A stretch of DNA of 64,000 bases from Macrostomum lignano. Lineage: Eukaryota. Each line of letters begins with the position of its first letter. Positions within the stretch are counted from its first letter, which is position 1. The notes beneath the pieces were generated by a model. The model saw only the letters and a list, made by a program, of their open reading frames with translations. It made no database searches and was not told the origin of the DNA. The stretch is from the NCBI GenBank assembly GCA_002269645.1, contig NIVC01002338.1, positions 62,001 through 126,000 on the forward strand, written 5' to 3'. Shown here piece by piece: positions 39,396 through 50,813 of this stretch. Position numbers and translations under genes: made by a program.

Positions 39396-40804
39396 TCTTT
39401 CGTTTCCCTGCTGCATGATATTTTGCTTTCAGTCAGAACAAAAAAATAAACATCATGTGCGATTCCTGCATGCAGGCATGCATTTTGTGCATACAGACAA
39501 CATATATTGGCCTTTTCGTATTGCTTGTTCTGAGAACCAATTTGTGAAATATAACTTTTTGTCTCCATAACTAGAGGGAGATACGTGCTATAAAGTTTTT
39601 ATTATTGAATGACAATCGCCAAGAAGAAAGTGAAAAATTGTGCAAAGTGAGGCTGTTAAGGCAGTCAAACATTCAACAGAATTAAATAGTTATACTGCTG
39701 TTTTTCTTGGAAGATCCGAACCGATTCTGATTCTGGAATTAGTAATATTGTGGCAGGCGGATGCCACTATTGATTTGAAGTTCGAAACGGTGACAAATTT
39801 TGCCTGTTGGAACTGCCCGTGTGGTGTTCCCTTGTTTGCCCTTCAGAGTCTGGATTTGCGTCCATTGCGTTTTCCATTGTATTTTCCACGCGGTGCGCGT
39901 TCGTTCCCAGGTGCTGGTTCATTTGTTGGAATGCGCTCCCCACGGTTTATTTTTTGCTCGATCCAGCGCTTGTGCAGTGCGCATCCATTGCTTAGTCCCG
40001 TCACTGCTCCAGCGGGAGAGCTACTTTTACCTGTTATATAAACCCTACCTTTTGGTGCGATAATGTAAGAGTTTTTTTCCCCTCTGCTCTACTCTGGCTC
40101 TGTTTTAAACATTTTCCTCTGCGCATTTCTCTCGTTTTAACCAGTTTATAATTATCCGGCGCCGCCGACGAATTACACTCGCTCGTAGTCATTAATATTT
40201 TAATAATAAGTAGTAAGCCTGCTCAATTCCATCTTAAGGAACATTTAATAAACGATAAGCTCCATTTATTCATTAAACTATAAGCCATAGTATTTATTTG
40301 AGTCATTTGCCCGTGGGGTGTAAAACAACCAAGTTCTCATCTCAAAGATAGCTCTGAGACTTATCCGTTCCGTAATACGTGAATTACGGTGGTGGCAGCA
40401 ACTACCCTACTGAAAGTAACAAACTCAGCTATTCGACGCATTATTTTACGGTGTCAGGAATCTCCAATTACAGTGTTTCATCGACTTGAACGACCTCGCC
40501 GCTACACGACCGCTCCGCTACGATTACGACTACCCTCCCCCCGGAACTTGAGGACCCCGGCTGTCGGAGTAAAACAGGAGAAGAATTTCGTTGCGATTCA
40601 TCGGTGCGATTTCCGGCTTGATTCGTGCGAACGCAACGTCAACCGGTTTCGAAGAAAACCCGAACAACCCCATTTCAAATTTTTTCCAAATTTTTATTTT
40701 CTTCTCCGCCCCCACCTCAATATGAAACGCATTTGTTTCCCCATTGATATTCGCATTGATATTCAAATTTTAACAAAAGCAAAATACTAAAAGCAACCCG
40801 TAGC

Positions 40805-41640
40805 ATGAAACTTTACACAGAGTAAACTGCAACCGTGAAACGACTATTGGTCAAGTTTCAGCTCGATATGTAACTTTAGCTCTGAGCAGGAGCGATTTTC
40901 GATGTGTTCCATTTAAAATACATGTGATTCCAAAATTCATATTGATATTCGAGTACAGGTACTTCTGCTTCACCGATCTTGATGAAACTTTACACAGAGT
41001 AAACTGCAACCGTGAAACGACTATTGGTCAAGTTTCAGCTCGATATGTAACTTTGGCTCTGAGCAGGAGCGATTTTCGATGTGTTCCATTTAAAATACAT
41101 GTGATTCCAAAATTCATATTGATATTCGAGTACAGGTACTTCTGCTTCACCGAGCTTGATGAAACTTTACACAGAGTAAACTGCAACCGTGAAACGACTA
41201 TTGGTCAAGTTTCAGCTCGATATGTAACTTTGGCTCTGAGCAGGAGCGATTTTCGATGTGTTCCATTTAAAATACATGTGATTCCAAAATTCATATTGAT
41301 ATTCGAGTACAGGTACTTCTGCTTCACCGATCTTGACGAAACTTTACACAGAGTAAACTGCAACCGTGAAACGACTATTGGTCAAGTTTCAGCTCGATAT
41401 GTAACTTTGGCTCTGAGCAGGAGCGATTTTCGATGTGTTCTATTTAAAATACATGTGATTCCAAAATTCATATTGATATTCGAGTACAGGTACTTCTGCT
41501 TCACCGATCTTGACGAAACTTTACACAGAGTAAACTGCAACCGTGAAACGACTATTGGTCAAGTTTCAGCTCGATATGTAACTTTGGCTCTGAGCAGGAG
41601 CGATTTTCGATGTGTTCCATTTAAAATACATGTGATTCCA
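40805..41640 (+). repeat. Left arm: 177-bp satellite, about 4.7 units
   Basis: CATGTGATTC at 40921 and 41098 (period 177); units nearly identical. Confidence 0.95.
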
Positions 41641-44133
41641 AACAACAACAACAACAACAGAGTACGCTGCCAGTTCGCAAAAGCAGCGTCAGATGGCGCG
41701 CTTCGAAGCTTGGGCGCGAACAAAAGCCGCACCGCCGGCAGAGTCCGGGGCGCCGGCGTCAGCCAGCAGACAGTCGACGTAGCGCCGAGTCCTCGCCTGT
41801 CCCCGCCGGTAGGGTGCCTGCAACGTAAGTAGCAGCACCTCCTGCACCGGCTCCGGACAGTAGGCCTCGGCGCGGATGACGTGGCCTGCCAGCTGGAGTC
41901 GCCGACGGCGCAGCAGATCGCTAGGACGGGCCAGGCCGGCGCGATGATGGAGCGCCGTGTTGGTGACTCGCTCGTTGCCGATCTTGAAGGCGGCGCGCAG
42001 CAGGCCAGCGTGCGCCGCGTCGACTTGAGCCTCGAGCGAGTCTATCAGCGTCCAGGTCTCGGCGTTGTATAACAGGACGGTTTCGATCACCGCCTGGAAC
42101 AGCGCCGCCCTCTGGCGGTCCGGTAGGGCCTCGGACTGCAGGACTGACCTTATAGAACGAAAGGCAGCCCAGGCAAGTCCTCGGCGACGCCGCAGATCCT
42201 CGCGGACGTCGGGAACCAGACCGCCGAGGTAGACGAACTGCTGACATCTTGGAAGCTCACTCGCCTGTCCGTCAGCGCCTCGGCAGAAGATTGCAGCCTC
42301 GGTGTCGTCCGGCACGCATAGCACGACGGTCTTCTGCGTGTTGACCACCAGGCCGACGCTCGCCGCAACGGCAACCAGTCTATCCAGCTGTCGTTGGGCG
42401 CCCTCGACGGTCGAGGACAGCAGGGCGAGGTCATCGGCGTAGCCAAGCACGCTGAGCCGTCTCTCCGGTTGGCGTCGACCCACGCGTCGCCGCAGCAGGA
42501 AGCCGTCGTCGTTGGAAGGCAGAGCAGTCCGTAGCACCCAGTCAAGCACCAGAATAAATAGGAACGGCGCTAGCGTATCTCCCTGGAGCACCCCGGAGGA
42601 TGTCTCGAAGAAATCCGATAGGCCGTCCGGTGTTGAGACAGCAGCCGTCGTGCCGTGGTACAGCGCCATGACAGCAGAAATCAGCAGCTCTGGCACGTTG
42701 TACGCACGGAGCACCTCTGGGAGCGCGTCCCTCACGACCGAGTCGAAGGCCTTCCTGAAATCGACGAAGATCAGGATCAGGGTCAACTGGCGGATGCGCG
42801 CCTCCTCGATGACTCGCCGAAGAGCCAGGATCTGCGTCACTGTGCTGCGATGGGGCCGGAATCCGTTCTGCTCAGGCCACAGGTACGGGTCCAGCACAGT
42901 CTGTAACCGCGATAGCAGCATGCGGCTGAACAGCTTCGCGGCGCAGGATTGTAGGCAGATGCCTCGATGCTCCTCGAGCTTGGTGGTGCCCGGCTTCTTT
43001 GGAATGGCGACGATGTGCGCCGTGGTCCATTCGTTTGGCGCCACCTCACCGGAAAGCACGCGGTTCATCACTCTGGCGACCTCAGTGGCCACGCAGTGGA
43101 TCCGCAGCGCCTCGGTTGGCATCTCGTCCGGACCAAGCGCTTTGGCGCCCGGCGACTGCCGAGCGAACTTCACAACGTCGGCTGTGCTGACTGGGGCAAC
43201 GTTGAAGCTCTCCTCCGCCGGCAACGGCGTCTCCGGCGGCAGCCTCAGATTTTCTGGAAGCGGAGGGGGCGGCGCGTTGACAATGGCGGCGAAGAACTCG
43301 CGCAGCTCGTACCTGCGCTCATCCGGAATGTCGCCTGCCTGGTTGAGCGCGATGCGCCGCTTTCGCCCCGTCAGAGTGTTGATGACGGACCAGGCCACGC
43401 GCCCTCTGGAATCGGGCCCTGCGGCAGAGACGGCTTGGGTGGCGTCATCGACAGCGGACTGCTGCCGCTGCAGGTAGACAGCCGCCAGAGCCTCCTCCGC
43501 CTCGCGAGTTTGCCGCCCACTCAGACGGAGCCTCTCCAGATCTTCCCTCGCTTCGTCGATCGCGGGTCGTCCTGCCAGACCGCTGGGCCGGTCGCATCAG
43601 TGGGACTGCTTGCTCCGCATCGGCTCGAACTGCAGCGCTCACCTCCGCGTACTCGGCTCCTCCACGCTTGTCGCCCAGCGCAGTGACAAAGGCACCGGCA
43701 AAGCGACGTAGTAGCGCCGCGGTGGCCGCTTTGGCGGACGGTAGAGCGGGTCCCGAAGCCGAAGGTCGCAGATGAGCAGCCGATGGTCGGACCGCAGAGC
43801 CAGCGGCGTAATGGTGCGGCAGTTGGTGACGCGGCGGCGCACACAAAAGCGCACAAGCACGTGGTCGAGCTGTGCCAGCCTCCGCGTAGCGTTCCGGCCG
43901 CGCGCGTTCCGCCGCCTCCGCTTGCAGCCCACGAAGGTCGCGAGCCTGCCCGGTGACTTGCGGAATCTGGTGTTGGCCGACACCATGTCCTGTCTCTCCA
44001 GGAAGTCCTCTAGCGCTCCGGAGTTGCCGTTCTCGCGCGCTGTCACAAACAGCGATCGCTCGGACCTACGCAGAACTGCGTTCAGGTCTCCGAGAATGAC
44101 CACTGTGTCACGTTGCGCCATCTCCTCCACCTG
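41641..44133 (-). mobile_element. 5'-truncated RTE-clade-like non-LTR retrotransposon (partial APE endonuclease + RT), with (GTT)n 3' tail
   Basis: Endonuclease motifs VVILGDLNA, LDHVLV, SDHRLL (43.7-44.13 kb); RT ORF 41689-43398 with QNGFRP, FVDFRKAFDSV, GVLQGDTLAPFLF, YADD; frameshifts around 43.55-43.75 kb; (AAC)6 on the + strand at 41641-41658. Confidence 0.92.
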
Positions 44134-45525
44134 TACTCGAACATCAATATGAATTTTGGAATCACATGTATTTTAAATGGAACACATCGAAAATCGCTCC
44201 TGCTCAGAGCCAAAGTTACATATCGAGCTGAAACTTGACCAATAGTCGTTTCACGGTTGCAGTTTACTCTGTGTAAAGTTTCGTCAAGATCGGTGAAGCA
44301 GAAGTACCTGTACTCGAATATCAATATGAATTTTGGAATCACATGTATTTTAAATGGAACACATCGAAAAATCGCTCCTGCTCAGAGCCAAAGTTACATA
44401 TCGAGCTGAAACTTGACCAATAGTCGTTTCACGGTTGCAGTTTACTCTGTGTAAAGTTTCGTCAAGATCGGTGAAGCAGAAGTACCTGTACTCGAATATC
44501 AATATGAATTTTGGAATCACATGTATTTTAAATAGAACACATCGAAAATCGCTCCTGCTCAGAGCCAAAGTTACATATCGAGCTGAAACTTGACCAATAG
44601 TCGTTTCACGGTTGCAGTTTACTCTGTGTAAAGTTTCGTCAAGATCGGTGAAGCAGAAGTACCTGTACTCGAATATCAATATGAATTTTGGAATCACATG
44701 TATTTTAAATAGAACACATCGAAAATCGCTCCTGCTCAGAGCCAAAGTTACATATCGAGCTGAAACTTGACCAATAGTCGTTTCACGGTTGCAGTTTACT
44801 CTGTGTAAAGTTTCGTCAAGATCGGTGAAGCAGAAGTACCTGTACTCGAATATCAATATGAATTTTGGAATCACATGTATTTTAAATGGAACACATCGAA
44901 AATCGCTCCTGCTCAGAGCCAAAGTTACATATCGAGCTGAAACTTGACCAATAGTCGTTTCACGGTTGCAGTTTACTCTGTGTAAAGTTTCGTCAAGATC
45001 GGTGAAGCAGAAGTACCTGTACTCGAATATCAATATGAATTTTGGAATCACATGTATTTTAAATGGAACACATCGAAAATCGCTCCTGCTCAGAGCCAAA
45101 GTTACATATCGAGCTGAAACTTGACCAATAGTCGTTTCACGGTTGCAGTTTACTCTGTGTAAAGTTTCGTCAAGATCGGTGAAGCAGAAGTACCTGTACT
45201 CGAATATCAATATGAATTTTGGAATCACATGTATTTTAAATAGAACACATCGAAAATCGCTCCTGCTCAGAGCCAAAGTTACATATCGAGCTGAAACTTG
45301 ACCAATAGTCGTTTCACGGTTGCAGTTTACTCTGTGTAAAGTTTCGTCAAGATCGGTGAAGCAGAAGTACCTGTACTCGAATATCAATATGAATTTTGGA
45401 ATCACATGTATTTTAAATGGAACACATCGAAAATCGCTCCTGCTCAGAGCCAAAGTTACATATCGAGCTGAAACTTGACCAATAGTCGTTTCACGGTTGC
45501 AGTTTACTCTGTGTAAAGTTTCATG
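44129..45525 (-). repeat. Right arm: 177-bp satellite in inverted orientation, about 7.9 units
   Basis: Reverse complement of the left-arm unit; same CCATTT/CTATTT polymorphism; a 1-bp insertion near 44370. Confidence 0.95.
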
Positions 45526-45788
45526 CTACGGGTTGCTTTTAGTATTTTGCTTTTGTTAAAATTTGAATATCAATGCGAATATCAATGGGGAAACAAATGC
45601 GTAATATGAAATGAAAAGCCTCAAAGACGAAGTAACAAACAAAGTGATTTCTAATTTCAAGCTTAACTCTAACTGTGTAAAAACAGAGAGTTCTGCTTAA
45701 ATTTACTAACTGTTTAGAATAAAATAAATGATTTGTGACATTTTGTGGCATGTAACATAGGCCCTAACTAGTATATAGAAACTGCTGC

Positions 45789-46362
45789 GGCAATCCTACA
45801 CTTCCGTTCGGTAAATTATTTTGACACTGAATTTTGAACAGGCGTGTTAAATAACAATGTAGGCCTAACCAAACAAAACTGAAACAGTGGAACATGGTAG
45901 CAGTCTGTTAGAGTGCATAGTCACTTAGAGTGTGTCTGCAGGTCATTAAGGTGTCTATAATGGATAGTATTAGTAATGTCCAATCCAGTACAGGATAGCC
46001 CCAAATGGACATTGGGGATATAGACAATGCCAGAGGAATTCCTCAATGTGTGCATTGAAGAGAGCATCGCTCGTGCTATGCATGTTGCAGATCTTGCACT
46101 TTGCGTGGGCCTATGTGCCCTCCATGGTGTTGGTGTGGACTGTTGGGTCTGCTGGATTTACGAAGTGCAGCTGATGGGAAATGAGAAATTGAAGCTCAAA
46201 AAACAAGCAGCTCACAAGCAACAGCTCCCTTAAACTGACACCCCCTTAAACTCTGTTCGCTCAAACTTTTGGCCATAGACACATTGCCAATTGACGTCAT
46301 TTGACTCAGTGGTACGAATTCAAATGTTAAAATAATTTACCGAACGGAAATGTAGGATTGCC
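45789..46362 (-). mobile_element. Non-autonomous Merlin element with a decayed C-terminal transposase fragment
   Basis: TIR GGCAATCCTACA(C/T)TTCCGTTCGGTAAATTATTTT; minus-strand HQLHFVNPADPTVHTNTMEGT*AHAK...LFNAHIEEFLW...YWIGHY; no TSD recognisable. Confidence 0.85.
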
Positions 46363-46584
46363 TAATTTTTTTGCATATCTAAGGTCTATATCATAAGCCC
46401 TATTTCTATAAAATTGATCTTCCTTGTCTTTGTCATATTTAAATCAAGTCAATAAAGTCAAAGACATAACCAAAAGTTTTTCTTGTTTAGACTTCTTGGA
46501 TAAAACATTGGTATTGTTAGCCTCAGTCCTATGCTATGTATATTTAAATATAATAATAAGAGTTGGCACTATATTTTAAGAGTT

Positions 46585-46990
46585 CAACCTACAAGAATTG
46601 CTTGCAAACAAATTGCCTGGCAATAATTGCCTTTATTGCATTTTGCTTGCAAGCCAATTTTCCACTGAGCTTTTCTTATCAAGGTTTGCTTACAATGTTT
46701 ATAGTATTTCTTAATAAAGAGATTTATACAATCAAAATGCATATTTTTGTGGGTTTTCATTTTTAATTCTATAATTAAAACGGTGACAAATAGATAGATA
46801 CTCTTTAGATACTTTTAGATACTCTTATAAACATATAAGAGTATCTAAATCTTTTTAAAAAAGACTTACTAAGCATTATTAGGCAATGCATTCGTATACA
46901 TATGCATGCCTAAATATGCTGCAAGAAAAAAAGCATTTTAGGCAAATCTTGGCAGGAAAAGCTTGGTGGACAAATCTTGATAGGCAAATA
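46585..46990. mobile_element. Aged copy of the TIR family seen at 61069-61460
   Basis: ACAAGAATTGCTTGCAAACAAATTGCCTG vs ACGAGAATTGTCCGCAGACGAATTGCCCG; 46884-46960 resembles 61376-61450. Confidence 0.55.
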
Positions 46991-47686
46991 AAACAATTGC
47001 CTTTTTATCTCTAAGAGAATAGATATATTCTGGTAGAGTAGGCCTAGCTCATTTAATAAATAGGAATAAAATAAATGAGAGAACAAACAAATCAACATGT
47101 TTTAGCTTGGAGTATATGCTACTGCACTGTGTGTTAACTTGTTTTGATTGAAAACTATGTATAATAATTTATATTGTGTATTCAACTTATCACAGGTATA
47201 TTTATTCAACTGTTTATTAGAATTTTTAATTTCATTACTGCCCTGACGATGACCTATAAGGGTCAACACTCAAAATGCATTGGCAATTGAATTAAAGTAA
47301 ATAAAAACAAGTTAATGTTTGTTCTCTCATTCAGATTACATATTTCTTCTAGAGCAATAGGAAAAATTCCAAGGGGTAAGACAGTAAGTACATCTAGGTC
47401 TAGGCAAGATACCTTTTCAAATAAATAATACTAAATACTCTAGTTTATAACTTAAAAGCAATAAACTCATTACAAAAAAAGTAGTCAGATACAAGTTGAT
47501 TTTCTTTTATTGATGGTCTTTTATATTGAAAAATTAACATAGTAGGCTTCACTAATTCTACATTAATATTTTATTTTGTTTAGGGTATGAATTAAACTTC
47601 CCAATTAACTTCAAAATAGTACTATTGTCAATATATTTATTAAAAAATCCAAGCATCAATTCAATTTGCAGTGAATTCCAGCAGTC

Positions 47687-47897
47687 ATGTACAAGAAGGT
47701 CAACATTAACCCGCCGCCGGAACCGCCCCGCCCTGAGGCATTTGACTTTGGTACTGCCTTTGAATTTGGGGGCAATGGTGAGCTGTTTAGAACCGATGCA
47801 ACTAGCAGCAGCAATGCTGGCCAAGATAGCAGCAATAAGTATAAGTCCATCTTCACTTATAGCGACGATCGGAAGCATTGGAAAACCCAACAGCTTA
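47687..47897 (+). CDS. STOML1: STOML1/UNC-24-like, exon 1
   Basis: ATG at 47687; MYKKVNINPPPEPPRPEAFDFGTAFEF...; donor GTAAGG, phase 1. Confidence 0.75.
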
Positions 47898-47993
47898 GTA
47901 AGGATTGATTTTTTCTCTAATATATATTTTCACGCCTTTATTGCAAATCAGCTAATGTTCAAATTCTACAAATTTATACAATTTTCATTTCAG

Positions 47994-48106
47994 ATCCCCC
48001 AATGCCTTACAGCCAGACAGAGAAGATTGCCAACTTTTTTATCACGGGCTTATTCTTAATAATGGTGCTCTTTCTGTTCCCAGTCTTGGGCTGGTTTTCA
48101 GTCAAG
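47994..48106 (+). CDS. STOML1: STOML1/UNC-24-like, exon 2 (membrane hairpin)
   Basis: Acceptor TTTCAG; IANFFITGLFLIMVLFLFPVLGWFSVK (compare STOML1 FPISGWFALK); donor GTAATT. Confidence 0.88.
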
Positions 48107-48227
48107 GTAATTAATCAATATATTTCGGCAAAAAACTCGTTTTGCTTTCAACATTTTTACATTTTTACTACAAGTAGAGTAGTTGAGATTTTTTGCCCCT
48201 AAAATTGAAAATAAAACTTGCTTGTAG

Positions 48228-48478
48228 AAGTTGGAAAGCCACGAGCGCCTAATCAGCATGCGGCTGGGCCGAATGCGCCAGCCCGTGGCCGGCCCGGGCT
48301 ATGCCTGCGTCCTGCCAATCATCGATAGCTGGCAGCGGATCGATCTGCGCCCGAAATCGGTTGCTTTTGCTGAGCGCGAATTTTTCACTGCCGATCGAGG
48401 AATCGTGTGCTTTGCTGGTGAAGCCGTCTATCGAGTTCGCGAGCCGGAGATGGCCGTGACTTCTACTGCTGATCCCAG
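48228..48478 (+). CDS. STOML1: STOML1/UNC-24-like, exon 3 (SPFH/band 7)
   Basis: KLESHERLISMRLGRMRQPVAGPGYACVLPIIDSWQRIDLR; donor GTAACT, phase 2. Confidence 0.9.
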
Positions 48479-48594
48479 GTAACTGAAAAACTAATCCCTT
48501 TCTACTATGAGTGCTATTTTCTTTTTATTACCACTGCTAAAGCAGTTAAACCAGAAAAAAAACATAATTTACTTCCTTGGCCCCCAATATTTGA

Positions 48595-48750
48595 CAGTCA
48601 ATTTAACCCGCGTGACACCCAATTTAACGCATCTGACAACCAATTTACACCGTCTGACAACCTATTCAGCCCCCCCCCCGCCTGACAATCAAAATTTAAC
48701 CCACCTGACACCCAATTTAACCCACCTGACAGCCAATTTAACCCATCCCG
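48595..48750. repeat. About 21-bp intronic repeat (CAATTTAACCCACCTGACACC)
   Basis: About 6 degenerate units. Confidence 0.7.
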
Positions 48751-48757
48751 TTTATAG

Positions 48758-49164
48758 GACGGCCCTGTCCCACCTAATCGAGGTGACAGTGCAACGCTAC
48801 GTAGCTCGTCAAGACGCCGACGATCTGGCCGACAAGGCCACCAGAATGCAGGCCGACATCGTTGCGACGCTCAACGCCGAAGCTTGCCAGTGGGGCCTCG
48901 AGGTGACCAGCGTAGCCCTCGGCCCTATGACCATCGTGTCCCAGCCGCCGCCTCGGAAGCCACTGCCCGAGGGCGTGGACTTTGGCACCCTGACTCAGCA
49001 TCTGTTTGGCCAGCTGGCAGCCACCTCTGGCCCCTCCGGCGCTCTGGCCGCCGCTATGGCACGGGGAGCCGCCGCTGCTTCCTCCACTAGCGCTGGTGCC
49101 GCCGCGGCCGCCGCTGGTGGCAGTCGCGGCGAAGCCTCGACTTCGCAGGTTGAACTGCATGTTG
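48758..49164 (+). CDS. STOML1: STOML1/UNC-24-like, exon 4
   Basis: Acceptor TTTATAG; ...LNAEACQWGLEVTSVAL... (compare STOML1 WGLEVDRVEL); donor GTAAGA, phase 1. Confidence 0.88.
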
Positions 49165-49389
49165 GTAAGAGAGAGAGACGAATGCTAAATCATTCTAAAT
49201 TAGTTGGGAAACCTTTGATACCTGGGAGTTCGAGAATACGATTATAATAATGTGTTTTTTAATACTTATAGTGGCGAAACGTTCCATCATTCATTTCGCA
49301 ATAATTAGGTCTGGAATATTTCCAATAAATTACGTCATAAACCCTGAGATAATATCCTAAAGCAGTAGAATATTCCCTGGGGAATTCCA

Positions 49390-50340
49390 TAGTATTATGG
49401 CCAGTAATATTTTTGGAAGATAAAGTTATACGATAAATTAGCCTGGAAAATTCCGTAATAATTTGATCTGGAATATTCCTGGAAAACTCCATGATAATTT
49501 GGTCTGGAAAATTCCATGATAATTTGGCCTGGAATATTCCTGGAAAATTCCACGATTATTTGGCCTGGAATATTCCTGGAAAATTCCACGATTATTTGAC
49601 CTGGAATTCCATGATTATTTGGCCTAGAATATTCCTGGAAAATTCCACGATAATTTGGCCTGGAATATTACTGGAAAATTCCATGATAATTTGACCTGGA
49701 ATTCCATGATTATTTGGCCTAGAATATTCCTGGAAAATTCCATGATAATTTGACCTGGAATTCCATGATTATTTGGCCTAGAATATTCCTGGAAAATTCC
49801 ATGATAATTTGACCTGGAATTCCATGATTATTTGGCCTAGAATATTCCTGGAAAATTCCATGATAATTTGACCTGGAATTCCATGATTATTTGGCCTAGA
49901 ATATTCCTGGAAAATTCCACGATAATTTGGCCTGGAATATTACTGGAAAATTCCATGATAATTTGACCTGGAATTCCATGATTATTTGGCCTAGAATATT
50001 CCTGGAAAATTCCACGATAATTTGGCCTGGAATATTACTGGAAAATTCCATGATAATTTGACCTGGAATTCCATGATTATTTGGCCTAGAATATTCCTGG
50101 AAAATTCTACGATAATTTGGCCTGGAATATTCCTGGAAAATTCCACGATAATTTGGCCTGGAATATTACTGGAAAAGTCCATGACAATTTTACCTGGACT
50201 ATTCTTGGAAAAGTCCATGATAATTTGGCCTGGAATATTCCTGGAAAAGTCCATGATAATTTGGCCTGGAATATTCCTGGAAAAGTCCATGATAGTTTGC
50301 CCTGGAACATTACTGGAAAATTCCACGATAACTATGGTTA
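49390..50340. repeat. 36-bp minisatellite (CCTGGAATATTCCTGGAAAATTCCATGATAATTTGG) with a 24-bp variant giving a 60-bp higher-order unit
   Basis: Direct inspection; fills intron 4 of the STOML1-like gene. Confidence 0.9.
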
Positions 50341-50457
50341 GAATGTACCCTAAAAATGCCATTGTAAATTCGAGTTCAGATGTGTCAAAATGTTGAAAAG
50401 CTTTTAAAAATTTTAGGACAACCTCTTAAGTCTAAGAGTTCTATCCCAATCAAGCAG

Positions 50458-50813
50458 GCGCTGCAGATGAGGAGAGGCCGCCAGCCCTGCCTGAGCTGGA
50501 CGAATACTTGGCCAAAGCGCGTCGAGCTCTACACGTTGACGATATTCGAAGTCAGCTAGGCGAGGCCAGCTACCAGTTCTGTCTGCTGTCCGAGAATGGC
50601 CAGCAGGTTGCTACCTGCTATTTGGACTGTCCGGCCCAGCTGGCCGAGCGTGGCCGGCACTCCTCGCCGGACGTTGTCATCACTCTGCTGTGCTCGGATT
50701 TGGACGATCTCCGAGCTGGCCGGCTGCCAATGTGGCAGGCTGTGGCTACAGGCAGGATTGCAGTGCAAGGCGATCTTGATGTGGCCAAGCGGCTTAAAGT
50801 GCTCAACGATTGA
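50458..50813 (+). CDS. STOML1: STOML1/UNC-24-like, last exon (SCP2 sterol-carrier domain)
   Basis: Acceptor CAAGCAG gives the correct frame; YQFCLL...PDVVITL...GRIAVQGDLDVAKRL; TGA at 50813. SPFH + SCP2 is the defining STOML1 architecture. Confidence 0.88.

Larger units (their letters stand above)
40727..45602. mobile_element. Composite foldback element: satellite-built inverted arms around a truncated RTE LINE, 8-bp TSD
   Basis: Identical about 80-bp inverted termini ACGCATTTGTTTCCCCATTGATATTCGC...; TSD AATATGAA (40719-40726, 45603-45610). Confidence 0.88.

Noticed and set aside
42512-43686. Plus-strand ORFs over the LINE
   Set aside because: Antisense shadows of the GC-rich RT frame.
40924-45453. 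59-aa repeat ORFs in the 177-bp satellite as a protein gene
   Set aside because: No recognisable domain. A 177-bp unit can be open in one of six frames by chance. The right arm has a frame-breaking insertion, and there is no in-frame fusion to the LINE ORF.
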